This document shows positions 23,494 through 33,400 of a stretch of DNA of 44,612 nucleotides, in pieces. Source of the DNA: a virus; the IMG/VR virus record IMGVR_UViG_3300005992_000001, positions 1 to 44,612 of that record, one strand, 5' to 3'. The translations under genes and the position numbers were made by a program. The notes beneath the pieces were generated by a model. The model made no database searches. It was not told where the DNA came from and saw nothing but the letters and a program-made list of their open reading frames with translations. How positions within the stretch are numbered: the stretch's first letter is position 1; every line of letters begins with the position of its first letter.

Positions 23494-25094
23494 TGGCGGC
23501 TTCCTTGACAAAACCGAGGGTGCGCGTCGCGGCCGTGCTTGAGGCCGTCAACCGCGACTTGACGGCGCACAGCGGTGCAGATTTAAACGACCGCACCATG
23601 GCGAGCTGGAACCCGCCGGCGGGTTCGGCGGATTCAGACCTGATAGGCGAACTCGATGTGTTAGTGCCGCGCTCGCGCGACCTGGCGCGCAATAATGGCA
23701 TCGCCGCTGGAGCGATGCAGACCTACCGCGACAACATCATTGGCAATATTCTTCGCCTTTCCAGCAAGCCCGACTATCGCCTATTGAATCAAGACCCCGC
23801 CTGGGCGCGCGAGTGGGGAAATAACACCGAAGCACACTTCGCAAGCTGGGCCAATAGCACGGAATGCGACGCGGGCCGCACCCTGGATTTACTCGGCCTC
23901 GCCCAGCAAGCGCTGGGCGGCGCCATGCTCAACGGCGAGGCGCTGGCGATTCCGTTGTGGCTGCCGCGTGCCAACTCCAAATGGTCCAGCCGCTTGATGT
24001 TGATCGAGGCCGACCGCCTGGCGACACCGCCCGGCATGGAGACGCGAAAAAACATGCGCGGCGGTATCGAAATCGATAAATACGGCGCCCCGCTGGCGTA
24101 TTGGATACAAAAAGATCATCCAGGCGATACCTACGGCGGTTATGGCCGATTTTCGCCCTCGCCGGATAATTGGCAGCGCATCCCGGCCTTCACCGCTTGG
24201 GGCCGCCGCCGCGTCATTCATCTGCACGACAAAGAGCGCACCGGCCAAAGCCGAGGCAAGCCCATCATCGCCTCGGTGATGCGTGAATTCAAAATGGCGG
24301 GGCATTACGCCACCACTGAACTGCAAGCGGCCGTCGCGAATTCACTGATCGCCGCCTTTCTTGAAAGCAACCTGGATCAAGAGTCAACCGCTACATTGTT
24401 TGGCGCCGACCCCAGCGGCGCGTGGAACGCCGCCATGGGTGAATACCGTGCCTCGCTTAAGGGTGGCGCCATCATTCCCCTGCCAGTCGGCGCCAAGCTG
24501 TCGAGCCACACGCCCGGCCGACCCAATGCCGCCTTCGAAGGTTTCATGGAAGCCGTGTTTAGGCACATCGGCGTGGGCCTGAATCTGCCCTATGAACTGC
24601 TGATGAAGGACTTTAGCAAAACCAATTACAGTAGTGCGCGCGCATCGATGCTGGAGGCCTGGCGCTATTTCAACGGCCGCCGCTCATGGATGGTGCGCTT
24701 TTTCTTGCAGCCCATATACGAGTTGTGGATGGAAGAGGCGGTGAGCCTCGGCCAAATCGACGCGCCTGATTATTACCAAAACCTCTACGCCTACCAGCGC
24801 TCGCGCTGGATATTCGCCGGGCGTGGCTGGGTCGATCCCGTGAAAGAGGCGGATGCAGCGGGCATACGCATGGATAAAGGCCTATCGACGCTGGAGGCGG
24901 AATGCGCCGAGCAGGGGTTGGATTACGAAGAGGTGATGGAGCAGCGCGCGCATGAGCAAATGTTGAAAAACAGGCTAGGGCTCGTCGATGTCGCGCCCTC
25001 CGCCTATAACGCCCCCGCCGCGAAAGTGTACCCATCGGACGAACCCACCAGCCCGGCCGACGCGCCAGCGCAGCCGAATAAGGACGCCGCATGA
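23493..25094 (+). CDS. Portal protein (lambda gpB family)
   Basis: 533 aa; position and blocks (RSRDLARNNGIAAGA, YSSARASMLEAWR) are typical of lambda-type portals. Confidence 0.9.
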   Translation: MAASLTKPRVRVAAVLEAVNRDLTAHSGADLNDRTMASWNPPAGSADSDLIGELDVLVPRSRDLARNNGIAAGAMQTYRDNIIGNILRLSSKPDYRLLNQDPAWAREWGNNTEAHFASWANSTECDAGRTLDLLGLAQQALGGAMLNGEALAIPLWLPRANSKWSSRLMLIEADRLATPPGMETRKNMRGGIEIDKYGAPLAYWIQKDHPGDTYGGYGRFSPSPDNWQRIPAFTAWGRRRVIHLHDKERTGQSRGKPIIASVMREFKMAGHYATTELQAAVANSLIAAFLESNLDQESTATLFGADPSGAWNAAMGEYRASLKGGAIIPLPVGAKLSSHTPGRPNAAFEGFMEAVFRHIGVGLNLPYELLMKDFSKTNYSSARASMLEAWRYFNGRRSWMVRFFLQPIYELWMEEAVSLGQIDAPDYYQNLYAYQRSRWIFAGRGWVDPVKEADAAGIRMDKGLSTLEAECAEQGLDYEEVMEQRAHEQMLKNRLGLVDVAPSAYNAPAAKVYPSDEPTSPADAPAQPNKDAA

Positions 25095-26386
25095 ATACCC
25101 GCTATCCCCATCTAGCCGCCAAAATTTATAACACCCCGCTGATGCTGCACCCGGAAAAGGCCGAGGTGATCGAAGCAGTGTTGCGCGGCCACGCGCTGGG
25201 CGCGCCGCCCGCGGTCGAGGCCGCGCTGTACCGCGATGCCGCCGAGCGTAAAAGCTACGCCGTCAGCGCCGGAGGCGTGGCCATGATCCCCATCACCGGC
25301 ACCCTGGTCAATCGCGCCTCGGGCATGGACGCGCTCTCGGGTCTCAGCAGCTATCAAACCCTGGGCGCACAGCTCCATGCCGCGCTGCAAGACCCCGCCG
25401 TGGGCGCGGTGGTGCTGGCGGTGGATAGCCCCGGCGGCGAAGCGAACGGCGTGTTCGACATGGCGGCGAAAATCACCGCCGCCCGCGGGCAAAAACCCAT
25501 TCACGCCATGGTCGAGGGCGACAGCTACAGCGCCGCGTATGCGCTCAGCAGCGCGGCGGATAAAGTGTTCGCCACCCGCACCAGCGGCATCGGCTCCATC
25601 GGCGTCATTGCCATGCACATGGACCAAAGCGCCAAGCTCGAAAAATCAGGCATCAAATACACCGCCATCATCGCCGGTGAGCGCAAGGCGGACATGAGCA
25701 GCCACCAAGCGCTCAGTGATCGCGGCCGCGCCAGCATCCAGGCCATGGTCGACGATATGTATGGCCTCTTCACCCAATCCGTCGCCACCACGCGTGGGCT
25801 GAGTGAGCAAGTGATACGCGACACCCAAGCGGGCGTGTTCACCGCGCCCGAGGCGCAAAAGCTCGGCCTCATCGATGGCATATCCACCCTGGAGGCCGTA
25901 GTGGCCGACCTGGAGCGCGGCATCGCGCAAACAAAATTCAACCCGCGGGCGAACGCCCGCACTCAATCCCAAAGGAGCAAAGCCATGTCAAATGAAAATC
26001 GTCTAGGGACGAGTGCGGACGACGCGCCCGTCATCACCCAAGCCGAGGTCGACCGCGTCCGCGCCGAGGCCGAAGCCCAAGGCGCGCGCAGCGGCGCCAC
26101 CGCCGAGCGCGCCCGCATCGCCGCCATTTACGCACACCCCGAGGCCGCAGGCCGCGAAGAGCAGGCCAGCGCCATGGCGCTGGAAACGGATTTGAGCGTG
26201 GAGGCCGTCGCCAAGGTGTTGGCGAAGTCGCCCAAGGTGGCCGCCGTCATCAACCCGCTGGCAGCGGCCATGACCGGCGTAGGTAATCCGGCACTGGCCC
26301 CCGAAGCCGGTGATGCCGGTGAGGATCAAGGGCAGGACGAAGCGGCAAAAATCGTCTCACTGTTTCAGCCGCGCGCGCGCCGCTAA
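25091..26386 (+). CDS. S49 (ClpP/SppA-like) prohead protease, lambda gpC-like, with C-terminal scaffold region
   Basis: VLAVDSPGGEANG, GDSYSAAYALSSAADKVFA and GSIGV are S49 motifs. Confidence 0.9.
   Translation: MNTRYPHLAAKIYNTPLMLHPEKAEVIEAVLRGHALGAPPAVEAALYRDAAERKSYAVSAGGVAMIPITGTLVNRASGMDALSGLSSYQTLGAQLHAALQDPAVGAVVLAVDSPGGEANGVFDMAAKITAARGQKPIHAMVEGDSYSAAYALSSAADKVFATRTSGIGSIGVIAMHMDQSAKLEKSGIKYTAIIAGERKADMSSHQALSDRGRASIQAMVDDMYGLFTQSVATTRGLSEQVIRDTQAGVFTAPEAQKLGLIDGISTLEAVVADLERGIAQTKFNPRANARTQSQRSKAMSNENRLGTSADDAPVITQAEVDRVRAEAEAQGARSGATAERARIAAIYAHPEAAGREEQASAMALETDLSVEAVAKVLAKSPKVAAVINPLAAAMTGVGNPALAPEAGDAGEDQGQDEAAKIVSLFQPRARR
25985..26386 (+). CDS. Nested in-frame scaffold protein (Nu3-like)
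   Basis: In-frame ATG 25985 preceded by AAAGGAGCA at ideal spacing; Ala/Glu-rich helical product. Confidence 0.45.
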   Translation: MSNENRLGTSADDAPVITQAEVDRVRAEAEAQGARSGATAERARIAAIYAHPEAAGREEQASAMALETDLSVEAVAKVLAKSPKVAAVINPLAAAMTGVGNPALAPEAGDAGEDQGQDEAAKIVSLFQPRARR

Positions 26387-26422
26387 GCGCACACCCTATC
26401 AACTTCAACGGAGGATCGAACC

Positions 26423-26794
26423 ATGTCGGCATCTTTTTCAAGCGCCAGCTTTAGCCATGACAAGCTCGTCGCGGGCAATGCGCATTTATTGGTAGCGAAA
26501 AGCATCACCCTTATTTCAGGTCAAAACCTCACGCGCGGCGCGGTGCTGGGCAAGATCACCTCGGGCGGTAAATACAATCTGAGCCTGTCCGCCGCCGCCG
26601 ATGGCTCGCAAACCCCCGACCTGGTGCTGGCCGAAGACTGCGACGCCAGCGGCGGCGACAAAACCGCTTTGGCCTACAGTCGCGGTGATTTCAACATCAA
26701 CGCGCTCACCATCGGTGCATCGCACACCGCCGCCAGCATCGCCGAAGGTCTGCGGGCCAAGGGCATTGTGTTGGTGCCTGCGCAAGCGGCATAG
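26423..26794 (+). CDS. Head decoration protein (gpD-like)
   Basis: 123 aa between the protease and the major capsid gene; LTRGAVLGKIT...LAEDCDAS...ALAYSRGDFN resembles the gpD family. Confidence 0.7.
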   Translation: MSASFSSASFSHDKLVAGNAHLLVAKSITLISGQNLTRGAVLGKITSGGKYNLSLSAAADGSQTPDLVLAEDCDASGGDKTALAYSRGDFNINALTIGASHTAASIAEGLRAKGIVLVPAQAA

Positions 26795-26861
26795 GGTTTT
26801 TTTCATTTAGCTACCGCCTCGGCCTCGCGCCCGGCATCAGTCTCAAAAAAAGGAGAGCACC

Positions 26862-27878
26862 ATGGATTTATTTTCAACCAACACGCTGCGCGGCGTCGTC
26901 GAATCGTTGACCTTGCCCCCGTCGTTTTTGCTCGATACCTATTTCGGTAACGTGCAGACCGAGACCACGGAAGAAATTCATTTCGATGTCATCAGCAAAA
27001 CCCGCCGTCTCGCGCCCTTTGTCTCGCCGGTCGTAGCGGGCAAGGTGGTGGACGCGCAAGGCTTCACCACCAAAACCTTCAAGCCCGCATACATCAAGCC
27101 GAAGACCCCGTGGAACCCAGGCGCACCCTTGAAGCGGATTGCGGGTGAGCAGATCGGCGGCAGTCTCAATCCCATGGACCGCCTGCGCTTCTTGGTCGCG
27201 CAAACAGTCAGCGACCATCAAGAGCAAATCCGCCGCCGCCTAGAGGTCATGGCATCCGAGGCCCTGCGCACCGGCATCGTCACCGTCAGCGGCGATCAAT
27301 ACCCGACCACTGCCGTGAATTTCGGCCGCGATGGCTCGCTGACCGTGACACTCACCGGCGGCTCGCGCTGGGGCCAGACCGGCATCAAGCCCTTGGCGGA
27401 TTTACAGACTTGGGGCTTGCTGGTACTGAAAAAATCGGGCGCCAATGCCATCAATGTCACTATGGACGTAGACGCCTGGACCACATTCAAGGCCGATGCC
27501 GATGTGATCGCGCGCTTGGACACTCGCCGCGTGACCGACAATGCCATGAGCATGAATGCCGTGACCCAAGAGGGCGGCGTGTACATGGGCACCATCGACG
27601 GCTTCAATATCTACGTCTATGCCTCGTGGTACATCGACGACAACGGCGCCGAGCAACCAGTGTTGCCCAGCGGCACGGTCATCATGGGCTCATCGCAGAT
27701 TGAGGGCGTGCAGGCCTTCGGCGCCATCCAAGATGAGGCCAATGGCTACCAAGCCATGCCGATGTTCCCCAAGAGCTGGGTGGAGCAAGACCCGGCCGTG
27801 CGCTACATCATGACCCAATCGGCGCCCTTGGTGGTTCCCACCCGCGCCAATGCCAGCTTCTGCGCCACGGTGCTGTGA
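26862..27878 (+). CDS. Major capsid protein (lambda gpE family)
   Basis: 338 aa; the N-terminus LFSTNTLRGVVESL..PPSFLLDTYF and FVSPVVAGKVV are typical of the gpE family; AAGGAGAG RBS. Confidence 0.9.
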   Translation: MDLFSTNTLRGVVESLTLPPSFLLDTYFGNVQTETTEEIHFDVISKTRRLAPFVSPVVAGKVVDAQGFTTKTFKPAYIKPKTPWNPGAPLKRIAGEQIGGSLNPMDRLRFLVAQTVSDHQEQIRRRLEVMASEALRTGIVTVSGDQYPTTAVNFGRDGSLTVTLTGGSRWGQTGIKPLADLQTWGLLVLKKSGANAINVTMDVDAWTTFKADADVIARLDTRRVTDNAMSMNAVTQEGGVYMGTIDGFNIYVYASWYIDDNGAEQPVLPSGTVIMGSSQIEGVQAFGAIQDEANGYQAMPMFPKSWVEQDPAVRYIMTQSAPLVVPTRANASFCATVL

Positions 27879-28123
27879 TGAAATTGGTGACTGTGCATGC
27901 CCTGGTGGTGGGCGAGGGCAGGACGGTGGCGGCCGGGACGGCCACCACCGCCGCCGAGCTCGACATCAGCCTTGAAGAATGCCGCGCACTGCACGCGCGC
28001 GGCGCTATTCGTATCCTCGCCGAGGAATCGCCCGCCAGCGCCCCCGATGTCGCCGCGCCACGCGGCCACAAAAAGGGCAGGGCGGCGCGGGGTCATGAGG
28101 ACGGCGTGACCGATGCCGATTGA
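27878..28123 (+). CDS. Hypothetical head-associated protein
   Basis: 81 aa; TGATG overlap with the capsid stop. Confidence 0.45.
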   Translation: MKLVTVHALVVGEGRTVAAGTATTAAELDISLEECRALHARGAIRILAEESPASAPDVAAPRGHKKGRAARGHEDGVTDAD

Positions 28124-28418
28124 TGTTGACAAAATGAGTCGCGCGGTGTCGCGGACACTTGGGGAAGAGGTGACCGTTTACGGTGCCGCTGGCCCCACCC
28201 GCCTCACCGCGCTATTTGTTGAGCCGCATCTAGCGGTGCGCTACGGCGTCGCCATTGATATTCCAATGCCCACACTTTATCCAACGGCTGCGGATTGGGC
28301 CGCGACCGAGGCGGTGAATGACGACCAAATCGCCCGCGGTGATTGCCTTTACACCGTCGTCGATGCGCAGCCGGAAGACACGGGCCTAGTCGCCGTGAGC
28401 TTGAGGCGCTTCCAATGA
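28113..28418 (+). CDS. Head-tail joining protein (lambda FII-like)
   Basis: The pattern TLGEEVTV...ALFVEP...IARGDCLYTVVDAQPEDTGLVAVSL parallels lambda FII. Confidence 0.6.
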   Translation: MPIDVDKMSRAVSRTLGEEVTVYGAAGPTRLTALFVEPHLAVRYGVAIDIPMPTLYPTAADWAATEAVNDDQIARGDCLYTVVDAQPEDTGLVAVSLRRFQ

Positions 28419-28954
28419 ATTTTACCTTGAGTTTGGCCACCGCTGATTTTGCTCAAGTGCCTAATTTTTTAGACGCCACGCAAAAGCAGATCAATGCAGC
28501 GGCAAAACGCACGGTGCGCAAAGTCGGTACCAGCGTCAGCTCGCAGTTCTCGCGTGAGCTGGCATCCGCGCACGACGTGCCCTTGAAATTAATCAGACAG
28601 CGGCGCGCATTTAAGCGCTTCGGCAAGGACAGCAGCGGCGCGGAAGAGGCGCGCTTATGGATAGGCACCCGCCCTGTCAAAGCATCTTGGCTTGGCGCCA
28701 TGCGCCAAACACGTCAAGGCGCACGTGTGCGCAAGCATGTTTTTGCCGAGGGCTTCATCGCCACCATGAAGAGCGGCCACACCGGCATCTTTCAGCGCCG
28801 CGGCCGCGCGCGTTTGCCGATTGATGAAGCGGTTGTTGAATTTCCTGAGGCCGCCATCATCGCCGCCCGCATCAAGGTGGGTATACCCACCAGACTGCAC
28901 ACGGTATTTCAGCAAGAACTGAATTATCAGCTCAATGTGAGGGGGGCGCGCTGA
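28415..28954 (+). CDS. Tail completion protein (lambda gpZ-like)
   Basis: ATGA overlap; blocks GFIATMKSGHTGIFQRRGRARLPIDE and FQQELNYQL parallel lambda Z. Confidence 0.7.
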   Translation: MNFTLSLATADFAQVPNFLDATQKQINAAAKRTVRKVGTSVSSQFSRELASAHDVPLKLIRQRRAFKRFGKDSSGAEEARLWIGTRPVKASWLGAMRQTRQGARVRKHVFAEGFIATMKSGHTGIFQRRGRARLPIDEAVVEFPEAAIIAARIKVGIPTRLHTVFQQELNYQLNVRGAR

Positions 28955-29124
28955 TGGGCGAAGATCTAGCGATCAAAATATTTAGCTCCATCATTTCCGG
29001 TCTGGTGGGTGGCGCCATCACCGGCGTTGCCGCCTTCGCCGCCATCCGCGTCGAGCTGCGTTATTTGCGCCGCGACATTGATGCCGCGCATGCAGAGCTG
29101 CGCGAAATGAGAAAACACGCATGA
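28954..29124 (+). CDS. Small 1-TM protein (56 aa, below track cutoff)
   Basis: Hand translation gives MGEDLAIKIFSSIISGLVGGAITGVAAFAAIRVELRYLRRDIDAAHAELREMRKHA; overlapping stop/start at both ends. Confidence 0.5.
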   Translation: MGEDLAIKIFSSIISGLVGGAITGVAAFAAIRVELRYLRRDIDAAHAELREMRKHA

Positions 29125-29543
29125 TCGATGCTGAAATCGCCATCATCGCCCAGCTCAAAACGGCGATCAGTAACGCGAAAGCTAAGGTCATGTCCAGTGC
29201 CGCCCTGGCGGGCACAAGCGACATCGCCTCGCTCTGCCCGCTGGTGGTAGTGCATCCGGGGCAGGTGCCCACGGCGGCTATATCGTATAGCGGCGACTCA
29301 TTCCGTGAAGAGCAGGAATGGCATGTATTCATCATCGTCAAGCTCATCGCTGACCCGGTGAATCATTCGACGACCTACCAGGAAGCAGCGCCGCTGCTGT
29401 TGGAAGTAGCGCAGGGCTTGTCCGGGTTTAATCCAGACGCAAAAACCCTATCACCCTTTAAATACATCGAACGCGATGAGGTGGATGTCTCCGCCGGCAT
29501 CGCAAAATTCAGGCTGGTTTTTAAGTGGCAGCACAACTTTTAA
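29121..29543 (+). CDS. Tail terminator-position protein (gpU position)
   Basis: 140 aa immediately upstream of the tube gene; synteny only. Confidence 0.5.
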   Translation: MIDAEIAIIAQLKTAISNAKAKVMSSAALAGTSDIASLCPLVVVHPGQVPTAAISYSGDSFREEQEWHVFIIVKLIADPVNHSTTYQEAAPLLLEVAQGLSGFNPDAKTLSPFKYIERDEVDVSAGIAKFRLVFKWQHNF

Positions 29544-29577
29544 CCATTAACGCGGCGTAAACGAGAAGGAGATTAAA

Positions 29578-30318
29578 ATGGCAGTGTACTCATACATCGG
29601 CAAGGGCACCATCTACCTGGAAGACCGCGCCACCAATCTTGGCTTAATGCCAATCGGCAATTGCAGCCAGCTACAGTTCGCCGTGGAGGAAGAGAAAAAA
29701 GACCTTGCCGACTATGAGAACGCGGGCGGTGGCAAGGCAAATAGTCTCTCTCGCATCACCGGCGTCACCTCGGCCATCACCGTGCATGATTTATCACCCG
29801 CCAATCTATCCATCGCGCTGCGTGGTTCACGCACCGCCGTGGCGGCAGGTGCCGTATCGTCCGAACCGCACACGGCCTACAAGGGCGCGTTAGTGCCATT
29901 CACCTTCATGCCGGACACCGCGCTGACGATCACCGTGACGGGACCGAGCGCCACCCCCACATACACCCTCGGCACGGATTACATCGTCGCGCGTGCGGGC
30001 GTCATTATTCTTGCGGGCGGCGCCATTGCCAATGCCGCCAGCATTGAATGCACCTACACCAAGCTGGGCAGCGATGTAGTGCAAGGCCTCACGGATTCCG
30101 CGAAAGAGTTCAAGCTGGTATTTGATGGTCTGAATGAGGCCGCCAGCGGCAAAGCCGTAACGGTGACGACACACCGGATTAAATTCTCGCCGACGCAAGG
30201 CCTGGACTTGATTGGCGACGATTTTGCCGGGCTGCAATTGGCGGGCGAAGTGCTCAAGGACAGCGCCATCACCGGCGCCGGTATCAGTCAATACTTTAAG
30301 ACTGTATTGGCGGCTTAA
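29578..30318 (+). CDS. Major tail tube protein
   Basis: 246 aa; strong GAAGGAG RBS; position between terminator and tape measure; followed by a stable stem-loop. Confidence 0.7.
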   Translation: MAVYSYIGKGTIYLEDRATNLGLMPIGNCSQLQFAVEEEKKDLADYENAGGGKANSLSRITGVTSAITVHDLSPANLSIALRGSRTAVAAGAVSSEPHTAYKGALVPFTFMPDTALTITVTGPSATPTYTLGTDYIVARAGVIILAGGAIANAASIECTYTKLGSDVVQGLTDSAKEFKLVFDGLNEAASGKAVTVTTHRIKFSPTQGLDLIGDDFAGLQLAGEVLKDSAITGAGISQYFKTVLAA

Positions 30319-30330
30319 GCAACCGAGGCT

Positions 30331-30362
30331 GCGCGCGGGTTTTGATACGTTGACCCGCGCGC
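30331..30362 (+). other. 10-bp GC stem-loop downstream of the tube gene (no U-tract)
   Basis: GCGCGCGGGT (30331-30340) / ACCCGCGCGC (30353-30362), 12-nt loop. Confidence 0.7.
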
Positions 30363-30430
30363 ATGCTCAACCCACGGCAGGCATGACGCCTCAGAATTAG
30401 CGAACGGCACCCAACAGCGGATACGCAGGC

Positions 30431-33400
30431 ATGGCGGACCAATCAGTAGCACTGCGCATCAAGGCCATTGTCGAAGGCCTAAACGATGTTGGCGGGCTCA
30501 TTAAAAAGATTGAAGAACTCGGTGGCAGCAGCGACACCGCCGCCGCCTTGGCCGCACACCTCGGCAAAGAACTCGCCGACCTCAGCAACAAACAAAAACT
30601 CGTCGACCAATTCACCGAGCTCAAGACCGAGCTGCAAGACACCTCCAAAAGCCTGGAGACCAGCGCCGCGCGCACGGCCACGCTGGCGCGTGAATTAAAG
30701 GCCACCGAAAACCCCAGCAAATCGCTCACGCGTGAATTCGCCAATGCGCGTAAGGAAACACGTGCACTCGCCGATCAAGAGCAGCGCCAGGGACTCGCGC
30801 TGCAAGACTTGCGCAAGCAAATGGGCGCGAGTGGCATCGAAAGCAAAAAGCTGGCACTGAGTCAGCGCGAGATCAGCCAGGCGGTCGCGCAAACCGAAGG
30901 GCGCATGCAGGGGCTAAAACAACGCCTCAGCGAGACCCGCGACCAAGCCGCGGCGAAGATGCCGGACCCCACAAAGGACATCAAGCGCGGCGCGCAAGAA
31001 TCCGCCACCTCGGTTGAATCACTCAGCGAATCCATCAAGCGCACCACCATGAGGATGGTGGGCTGGGTCGCCGCCGCCGTCGGCCTGAATAAAATCCGCA
31101 GCGGTATTGCTGCAATACTGGAAACCGGCGGCCGCTTTGAGTCGCTGGAAGTGCGCCTCACCGCGCTGATGGGGTCGCTCGAAGCCGGGCAGCAGGCCAC
31201 CGCCTGGATACAAGACTTCGCCAAGAACACGCCATTGCAACTGGGTGACGTCACCGAGGCCTTCGCCCGTCTGAAAACCTTCGGCCTCGATCCGATGGAC
31301 GGCACCATGCAGTCCTTGGTCGATGCCAATGCCAAGATGGGCGGGTCACAAGAGACCTTGCAGCGCATCATTCTCGGTGTCGGCCAGGCATGGACCAAGC
31401 AAAAACTGCAAGGCCAAGAAATCATGCAGCTCATGGAGGCGGGCATACCCGTATGGGATTTGCTCTCCAAGGCCATGGGCAAAAACGTGGTGGAGCTGCA
31501 AAAGCTCTCGGCGCAAGGCAAGATCGGCCGCACTGAAATCAGCCTATTGATAGACGAAATCGGCCGCAGCTCGCAGGGCGCCGCCGCCGCGCAAATGGCG
31601 ACCTGGACCGGCCTGGTCTCCAATCTCAAGGATACCTGGAGCAACTTCCTTAACTCGATCGCCAAATCCGGCGTGCTGGATTTTTTCAAACGCCAAGTGC
31701 AAGACGTGCTCGACACCACCGCCCGCATGGCCAGCGACGGCAGCCTGCAACGCATGGCCACCGCCACGGCCAATGCCATTGTCAGCATGGCCAAGGTCAT
31801 CAAGGGCACGGTCGTCACGCTGTACGAATTCAGCGGCGTGCTGGCGCTCACGGCCAAGGCTATCATTGCTGTTAAGTTGGTGGGGTTGGTGAAAGGGTTC
31901 GCGGATTTAGCGCTGAAATTATCATCCGCAGTGACCCCGGCGCTTGTAGGCACCGGCGCGGCGGCCACGGGCGCGGCGGTCAAGATGGGCCTGCTGGCGC
32001 GGGTCATGTCCGCCATCCCCAAAAATTTCGCCATTGCGCTGGCGGTCGTCGGCATCGATGTTGCGGTGCGGGGGGCGGAGTGGCTAGGCGAGGCTATAGC
32101 CAAAATAAGTCCGGCCGGAAAAATAGCCGAGCAAGCTTTGCAGCGATTAAGCGATGAGGCGCGGCGCAATCTTGATGTTTCCACGGCGGCGGCGGCCGCG
32201 AATGAAAAATTCGCTGACACCAAAATAAAAAGCAGCGAAGAAATAATCAAGCTCAGCGCAAGGGAGCGCGCCGCCTACGCGGAGGCGATACAGGGCGCGG
32301 AAAAATACCATACAGCAATTCTAGTTACTGCGCGCACCCAAGAGATTTTGGGCGAAAACACAAAAGAGATTCAAGACGCGGCCATCGCCGCCCTGGCCGA
32401 ACTGCGCACGGCCTACGCTGACATCGAGAAATCCACCCTGGCCGCCGCCAACAGCGCCGCCACGTTGTCGCCGCAAGTGACCGAACTGGTAGACCAATTC
32501 CGCAGCCTGGCGGCGGAGGGTAAGGGCGCGCTCGATGCCTTGCTCAAGCCGCTTGATCCGGCCTCGCTCGACTCGGTCAAGCAGATCACGCAAGCCCTGG
32601 ATGAGCTGCTGGCCAAGGGTGAATTAACATCAACGGAACTCAGCGCCGGTCTGCGCGAGACTATACAAAAACTGGGCGCGGAGGATCTGACAAAATTACG
32701 CGTCATCGCAAAATCCACCTTCGACGAAATGGGCCAGGGTGGCGCCGCCGTGGCCGCCGTGCTCAAGGCGACGACGCAAGCCGCGCTGCAAGGCCTGGGC
32801 GTTGACCTAGGCGAAATCACTACAGGCCTCAAAAAGAACGAGCGCGCCGCGCTTGATAGCTTCGGCGTTATCGCCACCGGACTGGAAGACCTGGGGCTGG
32901 ACGCAAAGCAAAGCGCGAGAGTGTTGCAAGAGTCATTAATCAAGGCGCTGGAGGATATCAAATCCAAGCAAGGCGTTCAGGCCTTGCGCGATAGCATCAT
33001 CCAGCTTGGCCGTGACGGTGAGTTATCCGGCAAGCAGGTATCGCAGGCGCTCGCGGATATGGACAAGGCCGCCGCCACGGTCGCGGGCAGCCTAGATAAG
33101 GTAGGCGAGGCCGGAAAAAGCGCGGGCGAAAAGACGCAAGAGGGAATGAAGACCGCCGAGGATGCGACGAAGCGCAGTAGCGCGGCCATTAATGAATTCG
33201 CCGCGCGCTTGGCCTCGCTGAGTACGCAGGAAGCACGCCAGCTTGGTGACGAATTGGTATTGGCTTTTGAGCGCGGAATCATTTCCGCCGCCGAATTTGA
33301 AGGCAAAATCGATCAAGTGCGGCTGCGCATTAATGCGCTCGCCACGGCCGGAGAAGGCATTAGTGCGGCGCTGGCAAAACCGATTAAGGCGGCGCGCGAA

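Noticed and set aside
26771-26803. Terminator after the decoration gene (T7 run at 26797-26803)
   Set aside because: The preceding sequence forms only a 3-4 bp stem, too weak to call.
30862-32250. 462-aa minus-strand ORF (also 32413..32967 and 33880..34656)
   Set aside because: It is antisense to the tape measure gene. It is a Ser/Ala/Arg-rich, low-complexity mirror of a coiled-coil coding region.
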